The position numbers and the translations under genes were made by a program. Below the pieces are notes generated by a model. The model made no database searches, was not told the DNA's origin, and saw only the letters and a program-made list of their open reading frames with translations. From the NCBI GenBank assembly GCA_044356455.1, contig JBIKWF010000024.1:1-46164 (forward strand): 46,164 bases of DNA, in the 5' to 3' direction. Positions 1-9,499 of the stretch are shown here, piece by piece; the first letter of the stretch is position 1, and each line of letters starts with the position of its first letter. The stretch comes from Bdellovibrionota bacterium. Its GTDB lineage: Bacteria; Bdellovibrionota_C; UBA2361; JBGSMV01.

Positions 1-542
1 CGTTCGCGTTCTGCCTCTGCTTGTTTTGCCATGGCGCGCTGCATCTCTTGAGGTAAATCTATGTGCTTAACCTCAACTCCCGAGACTTTGATGCCCCAAG
101 GACCTGTGCCGTTATCGAGATACTCTTGAATCCTGCGATTAACCTCTTCTCGCTTCGAAAGAAGTTCATCGAGCTCCTTCTCACCGCACACGCTGCGGAG
201 TGTAGTTTGGCAAAGCTGATTGGTCGCTAGCAAATAGTTCTCAACCTGAATGATTGCCTTATCCGGGGCAACGACGCGGAAATAGACGACCGCATTCACT
301 TTTACGGAGACGTTATCACGCGTGATAACGTCTTGGGGCGGCACGTCCATCGTAACGGTACGAAGATCAATGCGCCTTAGCTGCTGCACAAAGGGAATGA
401 GCACCACAAGACCAGGGCCCTTCACGCCAGCGATGCGCCCAAGAAAAAAGACTACGCCGCGCTCATACTCCTGAAGAATATAAACCGACTGCTTCAGCAC
501 GACTCCCACTATGACGAGCGCAACAATTAACAATGAACTCAT
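1..542 (-). CDS. SPFH/band-7 (slipin/stomatin-like) protein, truncated by window edge
   Basis: Hand translation from ATG at 542 (GGAGAG upstream): [36 protein letters not shown]...[34 protein letters not shown]...QTTLRSVCG...[14 protein letters not shown]. Not in the ORF track because it has no stop inside the window. Follows an NfeD-like gene. Confidence 0.93.
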   Translation of the reverse strand, partial: MSSLLIVALVIVGVVLKQSVYILQEYERGVVFFLGRIAGVKGPGLVVLIPFVQQLRRIDLRTVTMDVPPQDVITRDNVSVKVNAVVYFRVVAPDKAIIQVENYLLATNQLCQTTLRSVCGEKELDELLSKREEVNRRIQEYLDNGTGPWGIKVSGVEVKHIDLPQEMQRAMAKQAEAERE

Positions 543-549
543 ATCTCTC

Positions 550-846
550 CTATGCCTTCCGCTTCACTTCTAAGACTAGCCCTGGCTCAAGGGCTACCAC
601 TTCAACGAGAGCCCCAACTTCTATAACGCCTTCACGAGTAACTGCGCTCCAGCTCTCTCCATTAACTGAAACTCTCCCGCTTGAGCCCACCGGCTCAAGC
701 ACCGCTCCGACAAGTCCGACGAGCCCCTCTGCGCCCGTTGCTCCCTTCGCGCCTAAGCCCAGGTAGCCCTTTGCCACGATAACGCCTACACCAGCCGCAA
801 AGACGAGCACCACACACACGACCGCGAACAAAGAGCCTGTCAGCAT
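550..846 (-). CDS. Short NfeD-family protein (TM helix plus C-terminal OB fold)
   Basis: [11 protein letters not shown]...[12 protein letters not shown]...[10 protein letters not shown] is the NfeD C-domain pattern, and the gene is adjacent to slipin. ATG 846 is preferred over the ORF-track start at 894. Confidence 0.85.
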   Translation of the reverse strand: MLTGSLFAVVCVVLVFAAGVGVIVAKGYLGLGAKGATGAEGLVGLVGAVLEPVGSSGRVSVNGESWSAVTREGVIEVGALVEVVALEPGLVLEVKRKA

Positions 847-865
847 AGCATTCCCAAACAAGCCT

Positions 866-1498
866 TTAAGACGCTCGGCGCCTCGCTGACGCACTTTTCA
901 AATCATTCCAAAACGCTCTCTTCGTCTGATCGTCATGCAGCACCGCACGCAAGGTATGAGTTGCGATGATGGCGACCTCAAGATTTTCGCTCTGCAGCTT
1001 CTCGCGCGCGGGAGTGGAGATCACCCTTGACTCATTCCCCCCCAGTATCACAAGTACCGTTGGCTCCTTAGAAGGCACCTGAGAAAGACGCGGAGAAGCT
1101 TGGCTCTTAAGGGAAGCATTAGCAGACAAAAGTCCCCGCTCAAGTATTTCTGCGAGCCCCTCGGGCGGCAGGTTCTCAAAACGCAGAACGAGCACCTCTT
1201 CGCACGTAAGACGCAGACCCTTTTCTATCGCTCCCTTAAGCAGAGTTCCCTCTTCTCCAGAGAAAACATCTTCCGCGCCTGAGCAAGCCCAAGACCCCGC
1301 AAATACAATCCCAGAATCAAGAGTACCAAAGCGCACAAAAGGTAATGGGCGCACCTCAGACGCTGAGCCCCCCGCACTGCTCGAAGCGCGAAGGCGCGCC
1401 TGTCGACCTGCTGAATCGATTAGTTGCTTGGGAATTCCTGCCGGAAACTGAGGGCCCAAGGAATCAAGCAATGCATATAAGTCGCGCGCGATGGTCAT
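866..1498 (-). CDS. Degenerate family-4 uracil-DNA glycosylase-like protein
   Basis: FSGEEGTLLKGAIEKGLRL...VLVILG...IIATHTLRAVLHDDQTKRAFWNDLK parallels the UDG4 FxGxxGxLL and TYHPxxLLR..KR..W.DL segments. It lies directly downstream of coaBC. Catalytic motifs appear absent. Confidence 0.55.
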   Translation of the reverse strand: MTIARDLYALLDSLGPQFPAGIPKQLIDSAGRQARLRASSSAGGSASEVRPLPFVRFGTLDSGIVFAGSWACSGAEDVFSGEEGTLLKGAIEKGLRLTCEEVLVLRFENLPPEGLAEILERGLLSANASLKSQASPRLSQVPSKEPTVLVILGGNESRVISTPAREKLQSENLEVAIIATHTLRAVLHDDQTKRAFWNDLKSASARRRAS

Positions 1499-1513
1499 GA
1501 AAAGTTTTTGTCA

Positions 1514-2812
1514 TTAGAGCCGTATCACCGCATCAAGAACCTTGTTTGCCACACGACTCTTGTAGGAAGTTGCAATCTCTTCTTGGCGGCCGTTTTTATC
1601 AACAAGCCAGGCACGATTGGTATCTAAGTCAAATGCGTCCTGGGCAAAATTACCGACTATCAGATCCACTCCTTTCGCCTTCAATTTACGATGTGCCTCC
1701 GCCACCAGATCGTCGATTTCGCCCGTCTCTACGGCGAATCCGACCAGCTGCGGAGCTGGAGAAGTTCCCTTCCCCAGCACTTCTTTCTTGCGTTCACCAA
1801 GCGCGGCAAGAATGTCGGGATTCTCAACTAAGCGAATAACGGGGATGCCATCCGCTTTTTTCATCTTATCAGCGGCGAGCATTTCAGGCCTAAAATCAGC
1901 CACCGCAGCGGACATAATAACTATGTCTGGTTTCCTGTAGGCAAAACTTGAAGGCACGCCCGCCACCAGGCTTCCATCTCCAAACGCCAAATCAAGCATC
2001 ACATCGTGCATGTGCTGGGCAGAATCGGCTTGAACACAGCGCACTTGCTGCGGCACTCGCACAGGGACTGGACCGTGCACCAGGGTAATATCTGCGCCGC
2101 GGCGGTAGGCCTCGCGCGTGAGCGCGACGCCCATCTTCCCCGAGGAACGATTCGAAATATAACGCACCGGATCAATGTACTCTCGTGTGGGGCCCGTCGA
2201 GATAAGGACGTGTTTCCCATGAAAATCATGTGACGAAAGCGCCCGGCGCACATGGTAAAAAATTTCATACGGCTCGGCGAGACGCCCGGCGCCATTCCAA
2301 CCGCAGGCAAGAGCCCCTTCTCCAGGATCGACAAACCGTACCCCTCGAGACCTCAGCGCCGCGATATTCTCCTGAGTCTTTGGATGATCCAGCATATTCA
2401 CATTCATCGCGGGGGCGATAAGAATCGGCGCCTTGGTGGCAAGCGCTACTGCGGTGAGCGGGCTATCAGCAAAGCCATTGGCAAGTTTTGCGATACAGTC
2501 GGCTGTGGCAGGAGCTATTACCAAAAGCTGCGCCCAATCGGCCAGCTGAATGTGTCCAATCCCCGCTGCCTCTGAGGAATCCCAAAATTCGGTGGTAACC
2601 GCATTCCCCGTTACTGCACCTATGGTCATTGGCGTAATAAATTCCTGTGCCGAGGGCGTCATGATACAGCGCACTTCGTAGCCCCAAGAGACCATCAAGC
2701 GCGCAAGCTCGGCAGCCTTGTAGGCGGCAATGGAGCCCGTAATTCCCAATACCACGCGGCGTTTTTCGGTAGTGTCGTTTTGCTGATTCTTATTCCACAC
2801 GTGTTCGACCAT
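1514..2812 (-). CDS. coaBC: Bifunctional phosphopantothenoylcysteine decarboxylase / phosphopantothenate-cysteine ligase
   Basis: LGITGSIAAYKA, APATAD, APAMN, GPTREYIDPVRYISNRSSGKMG, AAVADF, VGFAVET motifs. Confidence 0.97.
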   Translation of the reverse strand: MVEHVWNKNQQNDTTEKRRVVLGITGSIAAYKAAELARLMVSWGYEVRCIMTPSAQEFITPMTIGAVTGNAVTTEFWDSSEAAGIGHIQLADWAQLLVIAPATADCIAKLANGFADSPLTAVALATKAPILIAPAMNVNMLDHPKTQENIAALRSRGVRFVDPGEGALACGWNGAGRLAEPYEIFYHVRRALSSHDFHGKHVLISTGPTREYIDPVRYISNRSSGKMGVALTREAYRRGADITLVHGPVPVRVPQQVRCVQADSAQHMHDVMLDLAFGDGSLVAGVPSSFAYRKPDIVIMSAAVADFRPEMLAADKMKKADGIPVIRLVENPDILAALGERKKEVLGKGTSPAPQLVGFAVETGEIDDLVAEAHRKLKAKGVDLIVGNFAQDAFDLDTNRAWLVDKNGRQEEIATSYKSRVANKVLDAVIRL

Positions 2813-2814
2813 GG

Positions 2815-3477
2815 TTAGCGCTCTCCTTTAGGGAAAAGCCCTTTCAGAAAGGGGTTCTGTTCTTTTTCAATTGCCAAGGTTGTATCAGGTCCGTGGCCAC
2901 TGAGCACGGCTGTTTCAGGCGGAAGTGCCGTAATTAACTTCTGGATAGAGTCGAGCAGCACTTGATGGCTCCCCCCAGGCAAGTCGGTACGGCCCACCGA
3001 GCCTTGAAAAAGCACGTCCCCACTCAGGACCAAGCCTTCAGACGGGCAATAAAACGCAAGATGCCCTGGGGAATGCCCAGGGGTAAAATGCACATGGAAC
3101 TCTCGTCCCGCGAAGGACAACGTTTCTCCGCCCCAGAGGTAAAGGTCCGGCTCCGGGCAAACTTCAAACCCATCCCGAGGCACCCCAAACATCATACAAA
3201 TCTGAGGCACCGCTGCACGCATAGGAGCCTCGGCTTGATGCCCTACTAAGGAGGCTCCCGTCGCCTCCTGGAGAGCCTTCACCCCCCCTACGTGATCAAG
3301 ATGAGAATGCGTAAGCCAAATCTCGGTGAGTTTGAGGCCATTCCGATCGAGAAACTTTTTAAGAAGATGACTCTCTCCCCCTGGGTCAATAGCAAGGGCG
3401 AGCTTGCTCTCCGTATCCCAGAGAATACGGGAGTTTTGAGAGAAAAGCGTAACGGGGATAGTCTCAATTCGTAACAT
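2815..3477 (-). CDS. MBL-fold metallo-hydrolase (YcbL/glyoxalase II-like)
   Basis: THSHLDHVGG, TPGHSPG, SGDVLFQGSVGRTDLPGG, SGHGPDTT...E..NPF. Confidence 0.93.
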   Translation of the reverse strand: MLRIETIPVTLFSQNSRILWDTESKLALAIDPGGESHLLKKFLDRNGLKLTEIWLTHSHLDHVGGVKALQEATGASLVGHQAEAPMRAAVPQICMMFGVPRDGFEVCPEPDLYLWGGETLSFAGREFHVHFTPGHSPGHLAFYCPSEGLVLSGDVLFQGSVGRTDLPGGSHQVLLDSIQKLITALPPETAVLSGHGPDTTLAIEKEQNPFLKGLFPKGER

Positions 3478-3768
3478 GCCCCCTACTTCTGCCCCCTTCA
3501 GCGCCAGATCGCAACCCCGATGAGCCTTTAATAAAGCACTAAAATACCATGTTAGTTTAGTAGGTTAAGCTTCATTCCCGAACGAGCATCCTAAAAGGCC
3601 TGAGTAGCCCAGAAAGTTGTTCTAAAAGAATAGTACCTTCGGGCCGATAGAAATATGGGCTCTATAGCGGAGAACTGCTGGGGCCATAACATAAATTCCG
3701 GGGGGTGAGGTGGTAGCGGGATACGCAACCACTCACGGAGTGTACGTTTACTCGTAAGGCGTAACCAC

Positions 3769-5217
3769 GTGGAAATTACCTCAGGCAATCAAAGACTCCT
3801 TCGCGGAGTGCACTACGCAGAACAATCCTGGATTCCGATCTGCGAGCAGAATGCCCGTGCCCTGAGAGAGGGATTAAAGGATGGGCGTTACGAAGGACGC
3901 CATAGCGACCTCTTGAGCGACCTGACAAGAGACCCTGCCCTGTTTCTTTTTTGCTTAAAAAAACGTGCTCAGCAGGAAAGTTCCAAGGACACGGAAAAGC
4001 CAGAGTCCTGGTTCTCCCCAGAGGAGCTTCTTGGCCCCGCCTCTACTCCGGCACTTATTGAAATTCTTTCCTCTTCGCTTGAACTCGTCTCGACACATCG
4101 CCTGGCGGCGGCCTCGCCTGAACAAGGCAGATCGATGCAACAAGCCGCAACTTCCGCAGCCGTCTCAGTGGCTCTCGCTTCAAAAGCAGACCTACCAGAG
4201 ACAACGTCTACCGCGACAAGTTTTCTAAGAAACCTTGGGCTCATGCTGATTGCGTGGAACTACCCGCATATCTACAAAAAGGTGCTTGCGTCCCTCGAAC
4301 CAGATGCCAGCCTCGACCAAGCATTTGGCTTACTCCTGGGATTTAGCCCTACGCTTTTGGGAATCACTCTCGCACGGTCGTGGAGCCTCAGTCCTGAAGT
4401 TCTCGTTGCGATGGGAGATAAAGTCGCACGTGAAATTGCCTCGCCTGAACTCTTAGCTCGCGGCCAGCGACTTGAAGCCATCTGCCGCACAGGAGAAGCA
4501 TTCGCCCGCGCCATGCACCCCGAAAACTACCCGTCGGCGGATGACGATTGGCGAGAAGCTTCAACTGAAATTAAAAGAGCGCTTGGACCCCAGGGACTCA
4601 AAGTTATATCTAAGGTTGTGCGTGATTATTTGCGCGCGTATACCAGCGCATTCCCCGACTCCTTCAAGCTGCCGGAGCGACTTGTTCAGGAACCTGAGCA
4701 CGCAGCAGCTGAGCCCACTGATTTCTCTCAGCGCAATCGCTATCTGTCCGCATGTCCTCCGGCCATCAAAGCTGCATTGGAAGAAATCTACCTGCAGCTT
4801 AGAGCGCATACGGTGGGGAGAATTCCGCTCGAACAGCTGATTCATTCCGTAATTCCGCGGGCAGGGTTCGTGCGCGGATGTGTATATCTTTTTGATCCCG
4901 AGCACCAATGCCTTCGCCCGCGGGTCAGCATAGGAGCGGTGCAGATTAATGAACTCTCCCCTGTTCCCTGCGATTCTCAAGTGGACCGACACGCTCTCGC
5001 TGAGGCTCTCACCTCAGGTATTCCCCAAGAGCTCCAGTCTTCTTGCATTGATGCAAGTCCCTGCGACGCGCTTGCAGGCGTGCTCGGCGGCGCACAAAAG
5101 ACCGGGGTGCTTTACCTCGAGGCAGGTCAGGGCATGCAAGACACGTCACCTCAAGTGAGGATGGGGGTATTCAAGGCTCTGCGGCAGACTATGAATGATG
5201 CGCTGCGGTTGAACTAA
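3769..5217 (+). CDS. HDOD-domain protein with C-terminal GAF-like region
   Basis: DPALFLFCL, FLRNLGLMLIAWNYP and GITLARSWSLSPEV match HDOD helices, with the HD replaced by RN. The C-terminal GFVRGCVYLFDPE...GVLYLE looks GAF-like. Confidence 0.65.
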   Translation: MEITSGNQRLLRGVHYAEQSWIPICEQNARALREGLKDGRYEGRHSDLLSDLTRDPALFLFCLKKRAQQESSKDTEKPESWFSPEELLGPASTPALIEILSSSLELVSTHRLAAASPEQGRSMQQAATSAAVSVALASKADLPETTSTATSFLRNLGLMLIAWNYPHIYKKVLASLEPDASLDQAFGLLLGFSPTLLGITLARSWSLSPEVLVAMGDKVAREIASPELLARGQRLEAICRTGEAFARAMHPENYPSADDDWREASTEIKRALGPQGLKVISKVVRDYLRAYTSAFPDSFKLPERLVQEPEHAAAEPTDFSQRNRYLSACPPAIKAALEEIYLQLRAHTVGRIPLEQLIHSVIPRAGFVRGCVYLFDPEHQCLRPRVSIGAVQINELSPVPCDSQVDRHALAEALTSGIPQELQSSCIDASPCDALAGVLGGAQKTGVLYLEAGQGMQDTSPQVRMGVFKALRQTMNDALRLN

Positions 5218-5316
5218 AGAAGCTCTCGAGATCTCATCGCTGTATGCGCCCCTTTATCCCGGTGAAGAACGCATTCCATGCGACAACTATTTCTTCAATC
5301 CCGAGGATAAGGCAGC

Positions 5317-5886
5317 ATGTCCATGGGCAACTTCAGCGAGGAGACTGGCATGAGCGAGACAATCGATAGAATCAAGTCACTGCGCGCTGGGATTCGATAT
5401 CACCGTGCTCAAGTGAGCGATTATCGCTGCTGGGTAGATGATTTGCGATTATATCAACTTGCGGAGCTTCCCGGGTACTTGAAGCTCGAGGTTCCCCCCG
5501 AAGACGAGTTCATGCTCCGCTGCAAGGCCTTTTGGGATAACCGACAGCGCGAGTACGAACGTGGGACAGGAGATTGCAGCGTTGACAGCTCGCAAGCCGT
5601 GCAGAAAATTCGGATCGCTCAAGACGAGGATCTCGGCAGGCTCCCTGAAGAGTCGCTCAAGCACATACTGACTCTCTTGTTAGAAGAAATTAGGCAGCAT
5701 GAATCGAAGGGGTTTCAGGGGCGCACGGTAGCGGATGACCTACAACTTTATGGTCTCTTACCTGAGACGGAAGCTTGGACCTCTGCCCTGCCTGCTCGAG
5801 CATTCTTTCTTTCGAACTGCGCTAAATTTTGCAGCCATTGTAAAAGCCACCCTGAGCATTTGCTTGAGTGGGCGGAAGAGAAGTAA
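5317..5886 (+). CDS. Hypothetical protein with an internal tandem duplication
   Basis: Clean 189-aa ORF; alternative start at 5350 after GAGGAG. Two copies of IRxH...R...DDLxLY...P...F...C..F. Confidence 0.75.
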   Translation: MSMGNFSEETGMSETIDRIKSLRAGIRYHRAQVSDYRCWVDDLRLYQLAELPGYLKLEVPPEDEFMLRCKAFWDNRQREYERGTGDCSVDSSQAVQKIRIAQDEDLGRLPEESLKHILTLLLEEIRQHESKGFQGRTVADDLQLYGLLPETEAWTSALPARAFFLSNCAKFCSHCKSHPEHLLEWAEEK

Positions 5887-5906
5887 GCGCAAATAGCCTT
5901 TAAATC

Positions 5907-5993
5907 TGAGAAACCTCGGAAAAACTTACCTCTGTACACCTTCGTGCCCTCGGTGGTGAATTTCTTCATGAAAATTTAACCACAGAGGACGCG
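5907..5993. repeat. Family A element, partial copy (degenerate left IR plus CACAGAG hairpin)
   Basis: gagaaacctcggaaaaa...tggtgaatttcttcatgaaaatttaaccacagagg closely matches the copy at 15101-15228. The right IR is missing. Confidence 0.75.
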
Positions 5994-6060
5994 GCACCCT
6001 ACCATCAATCCGGTAGGGCGCCGCGTCCTCGCGGTGCCGAAAGATCTCGCGACCCGGCAC
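5985..6060. repeat. GTAG-type REP cluster
   Basis: gaggacgcggcaccctacc (5985-6003) is the inverse of ggtagggcgccgcgtcctc (6012-6030) with one mismatch. Full unit GGTAGGGCGCCGCGTCCTCGCGGTGCCG at 6012-6039; similar units at 24276 and 24395. Confidence 0.75.
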
Positions 6061-6062
6061 TA

Positions 6063-6173
6063 GGAGTGTGTCTTGCAGAAAAATAGTTTTTTCAATTTGG
6101 ACACAATCCGTAGGGGGCCTGTCCCGCAACTAACACCACATGGCGTGATAGAAATAGTTACGGGACAGACACC
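6063..6173. mobile_element. Family B 111-bp MITE, diverged copy
   Basis: GGAGTGTGTC...TACGGGACAGACACC with TA on both sides. Same length and same internal tttggacacaatccgtaggggg core as the copies at 40365 and 45867. Confidence 0.85.
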
Positions 6174-8416
6174 TAGAAGTTCAACTGAATGGCTACGTAC
6201 GCATTTCTCCCCGGCTGCGTGAGCGAGAAGAAAGGCTCTTTGTAGTTTCTATCAAAGAGATTCTTCACTCCTGAAACAATTGAGGTCTTCCCAAAAGATT
6301 GCTCTGTCAGCAGGAAGTTAAGCTCGAAGTCGACGACCGTAAAGTCTGCCTGCTTCGGAAACTGATCTCTTCCTGCACTTACCGTATTATCCTGAGATGG
6401 CCCAACCGTTCTAAGATTAAAGCCGGTACGCACCCGATCAAGAATCGAGGTGTTCGCTTCAATCGTATAGAGCGCTCCGTAATTGAAGACCCAGCCCGTA
6501 ACATCAATCTTCTCTGATGCATTGGTCCAGGTACGGGAAACATTGGCGTAGACCTCGAGCGCGTCAAAGAACTTGGTTGAAGAACCAAACTCAACGCCGT
6601 AGAGGTTAAGGTCCCCCACGTTCGCATACTGATCCGTCAGGAAGCCCTGCACTACGCCAACAGGCGTCGTACCGATGTAGTCGTATACACGCGTCACGAA
6701 GGTAGCAAGCTCTAAGGCGGTGTCCCCGTCTTGATGTTTTGCGCCAACCTCTGCCGTATACGAACGCTCGGGATCGAGATCCGGATCTCCAATGATGCGT
6801 GTAGGAACGCCAAGATTTACAATTCCATCTTGATAGCGTTCTCCAAGGTCGGGAGCACGGAACCCAGTGGAAAGAGTTGAATAGAGGGAACTCTCTGTAT
6901 CGATCTTATAGACCGTACCGAGAGAACCACTAAGCCCTGCCACGGTATCATCTGAGTTCGTCACGTCATCATTGACCGTGAAGAAATCAAATCGAGCACC
7001 GGGAACGAACTCCCATGAGTCAAGCGACCAGTTATCCTGCGCATAGACGCCGCTTCGGAACTGATTGGCATCGGCGCGCTTTCTTTGGGTCACCTTCACA
7101 GGACCTGAAACAGGTCCAATACCGGCTTGTCCAATCGTTTGCGTTTCTTCCGTTTCAGGAAGATCGCTGAGATCATAACCGAGGTCCAAACCAACCGTAA
7201 TGGCGTGGTCTCCGAACTCAAAACGCGACTGTGTCTGGGACTCAAAGGTATCAACCTGATCATCGGTCTTGGTTCTTGAAGCACCTACCGTAGCGTTCGG
7301 ATTTACGAACGTGGGTGGTCCTGCAAATCCAGGACTAAAGCTTGGGTAGTAAGCAGTTTCTCGGTAGAACTCACGATCGATCTGCTGCCAATAAATCCCC
7401 GTCTTAAACTCCTTCCATGAACCACCCACATCATCCACGGTGAGTTCAACACCCGTCATGGTGCGTTGATACTTGGGGAAACTAAAGTACAAGGGGTTTG
7501 TCACGAAGGCCGCAGAACCTGGGGCTCCGAATACCGCGATGGGAAGAGTAATCTCATCTCGGGTAATCAGAACGTCGGAATTGCGTGTATTGTTGGCAAT
7601 GACACGGAGCTTCGTATCTTCGGTAAGATAGAAATCTGCCTTACCAAAGAGTCCCACCTGCCTAAAAGAACCACTTTGCGCGTCTTCATCATCTGGGAGA
7701 CGCGGCTCAAGCGAGCGGGTGTAACTACCACCAATAACCGCGGCATAACCTTGGTCACCAAAGTCGAGATAACCACCGACGCGGTTTCTGTCATATTGAC
7801 CATCGTAGCCGTAGCGCATCGCACCGCCGATTCCAAAGGAATCCCGGCGCGTGGGCTCACGAGAAATAACGTTCACCACGCCGCCAAAAGAATCAGTTCC
7901 GTAAAGAACGGAGGCGGGTCCGCGCAGAACTTCAATCTTCTCGATACCAATAGTGTCGTAAAGGCTTAGATTTCCGCCGCCGTACCCAATCCCCTGCCCG
8001 GCTTGGCGAATGCCATCAGAAAGGGTCAGCACGCGCTGCGCGCCAAGACCGCGGATGGTAAATCCTTCTTGCCAGTAGTTTGGATTCCCCTCACCTGGAG
8101 CGAGCCCTACGCCTGGAATACGGCGCAGGATATCATCAACGTCGGCATACTCCTGGTTCTCGATCTTTTCTGACGATACGGATGTAATTGCCTGAGGTAC
8201 CACAAGAGGATCTTGCTCTGCGCCACGCGCCGCAGTCACCACCACTTCAATCGCTTTCTTCTCATTCTTTGCATCGCCACTCTTTGCATCTATTGATGCA
8301 GTCTCTGCCGCAGGCGAATTTGTTTCAGCAGCCTCCGGAGCAGCATAGGCGCTGGAGCCGGAAAGCGAACCAACCACTACCGCAATCGCGCTAAGCGCTC
8401 GATATGAAATTTTCAT
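6173..8416 (-). CDS. TonB-dependent outer-membrane receptor
   Basis: Signal peptide MKISYRALSAIAVVVG..AYA (ATG 8416), TonB-box-like EVVVTA, plug IRGLG...IEKIEVLRGPASVLYG...GGVVN, FRAP, NLFDRNY, C-terminal Phe. Confidence 0.95.
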   Translation of the reverse strand: MKISYRALSAIAVVVGSLSGSSAYAAPEAAETNSPAAETASIDAKSGDAKNEKKAIEVVVTAARGAEQDPLVVPQAITSVSSEKIENQEYADVDDILRRIPGVGLAPGEGNPNYWQEGFTIRGLGAQRVLTLSDGIRQAGQGIGYGGGNLSLYDTIGIEKIEVLRGPASVLYGTDSFGGVVNVISREPTRRDSFGIGGAMRYGYDGQYDRNRVGGYLDFGDQGYAAVIGGSYTRSLEPRLPDDEDAQSGSFRQVGLFGKADFYLTEDTKLRVIANNTRNSDVLITRDEITLPIAVFGAPGSAAFVTNPLYFSFPKYQRTMTGVELTVDDVGGSWKEFKTGIYWQQIDREFYRETAYYPSFSPGFAGPPTFVNPNATVGASRTKTDDQVDTFESQTQSRFEFGDHAITVGLDLGYDLSDLPETEETQTIGQAGIGPVSGPVKVTQRKRADANQFRSGVYAQDNWSLDSWEFVPGARFDFFTVNDDVTNSDDTVAGLSGSLGTVYKIDTESSLYSTLSTGFRAPDLGERYQDGIVNLGVPTRIIGDPDLDPERSYTAEVGAKHQDGDTALELATFVTRVYDYIGTTPVGVVQGFLTDQYANVGDLNLYGVEFGSSTKFFDALEVYANVSRTWTNASEKIDVTGWVFNYGALYTIEANTSILDRVRTGFNLRTVGPSQDNTVSAGRDQFPKQADFTVVDFELNFLLTEQSFGKTSIVSGVKNLFDRNYKEPFFSLTQPGRNAYVAIQLNF

Positions 8417-8591
8417 CAACGTTTCCCTACACAATAGTTGCATTATTAGCAGCTCGCGAGTCCCGACTTCATCCCTTCGGCCGGACGACAAGCGCCTCGA
8501 ACTCATACCAGCACCTATGCCCACTTGGTCAAGGAGCAATAGCGCCGAATCTGAGCACTTATCCGTAGTCTTGAGGCATTAAGTCCTGGGT

Positions 8592-8662
8592 GTGACAGGC
8601 ACGTGACAATTGAAGCCTCTTGGGAATAGATGGAACTCTCAACTTATGACAAAAGCGTGACT
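8592..8662. promoter_or_regulatory. Two tandem 11-bp-period direct-repeat boxes (OmpR/PhoB-type operator candidates)
   Basis: TGACA at 8593 and 8604; TGACA/TGACT at 8647 and 8658. The minus strand reads TGTCAC-N5-TGTCAC and AGTCAC-N5-TGTCAT. Located in the divergent promoter of an operon that encodes an OmpR-family regulator. Confidence 0.55.
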
Positions 8663-8756
8663 AAAGCCTCCGGGCGACCCATATTTTGGAGCCAAGGCCG
8701 CCTTAAAACGCGAGTGGGACTGCAGAAGTACCCCCCAAATGCCGTACAATTAAACT

Positions 8757-9488
8757 ATGGCGTTTTCTCAGGGACTTGCTGCTTCGGTGGCGCTGCACGT
8801 TGCAGTGATGGCAAGTTGCCTAAGCGCGGGAACTTTTACTAGGCCTGAGCTGCAGTCCACGTCCTCTGGTGCCTCCGTTTTCAGCATTACACTTTCGCGT
8901 CTGAACGAGAGCACTGCGAGCAGTACCCCCGTAGAAGCGGCCCCACCCTCTCCAAAGATTGAGGTCAAAACTCCGAAGGAGAGCGTAGCCCCGAGTAAGA
9001 CTGCCACCCGCAAGCCTGCGCCAATTAGTCTTGCAAAAGTTTTAAGGCAGCCCGAAGAGCTTGCCCAGAAGAGCCCAGATCCCGTGGCCCCTTCGGTTGC
9101 TGCAACCGCCGCGGACTCTCAAGAAAACACCTCGCAGGCGGAAGGCCGAGCCGCGCTCCGGCTTGTGAGCTCGAGTTCCCCATCTGTGGGAACTTCCGTG
9201 GGAGCAGGAACCCCCGGAAGCGGGCCGACCCTGCTAAGGAGTCCTAAGCCGATATATCCAAGCCTAGCGCGCAGAGCGAACTTTGAAGGCCGGGTACTGC
9301 TCGATGTGCTCGTGGACGAATCAGGTGACGTAACCGAGGCTCAGATTGCGAAAAGCTCAGGACGGGAGGACTGTGACCAATCAGCACGCGAAACGGTTCT
9401 CGCCCGCTGGAAATTCAAGCCAGCACAGTTTAACGGCGTAAGCATACCTTGGCGAGAAAGAGTGGCAGTCTCTTACCAGCTTCGGTAA
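8757..9488 (+). CDS. tonB: Energy transducer TonB
   Basis: N-terminal TM with SVALH (SxxxH), Pro/Ala/Ser-rich linker, C-domain PIYPSLARRANFEGRVLLDVLVDESG...KSSG...WKFKPA. Confidence 0.92.
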   Translation: MAFSQGLAASVALHVAVMASCLSAGTFTRPELQSTSSGASVFSITLSRLNESTASSTPVEAAPPSPKIEVKTPKESVAPSKTATRKPAPISLAKVLRQPEELAQKSPDPVAPSVAATAADSQENTSQAEGRAALRLVSSSSPSVGTSVGAGTPGSGPTLLRSPKPIYPSLARRANFEGRVLLDVLVDESGDVTEAQIAKSSGREDCDQSARETVLARWKFKPAQFNGVSIPWRERVAVSYQLR

Positions 9489-9499
9489 GCTTGTCTCCT

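Noticed and set aside
8433..8447. Possible Fur box (AATAGTTGCATTATT) before the receptor start
   Set aside because: Only an imperfect AT-rich palindrome with weak similarity to the Fur consensus; it cannot be supported by eye.
8417..8539. N-terminal extension of the TonB receptor in the ORF track
   Set aside because: A proper signal peptide starts at ATG 8416; the extension begins at TTG and covers the promoter region.
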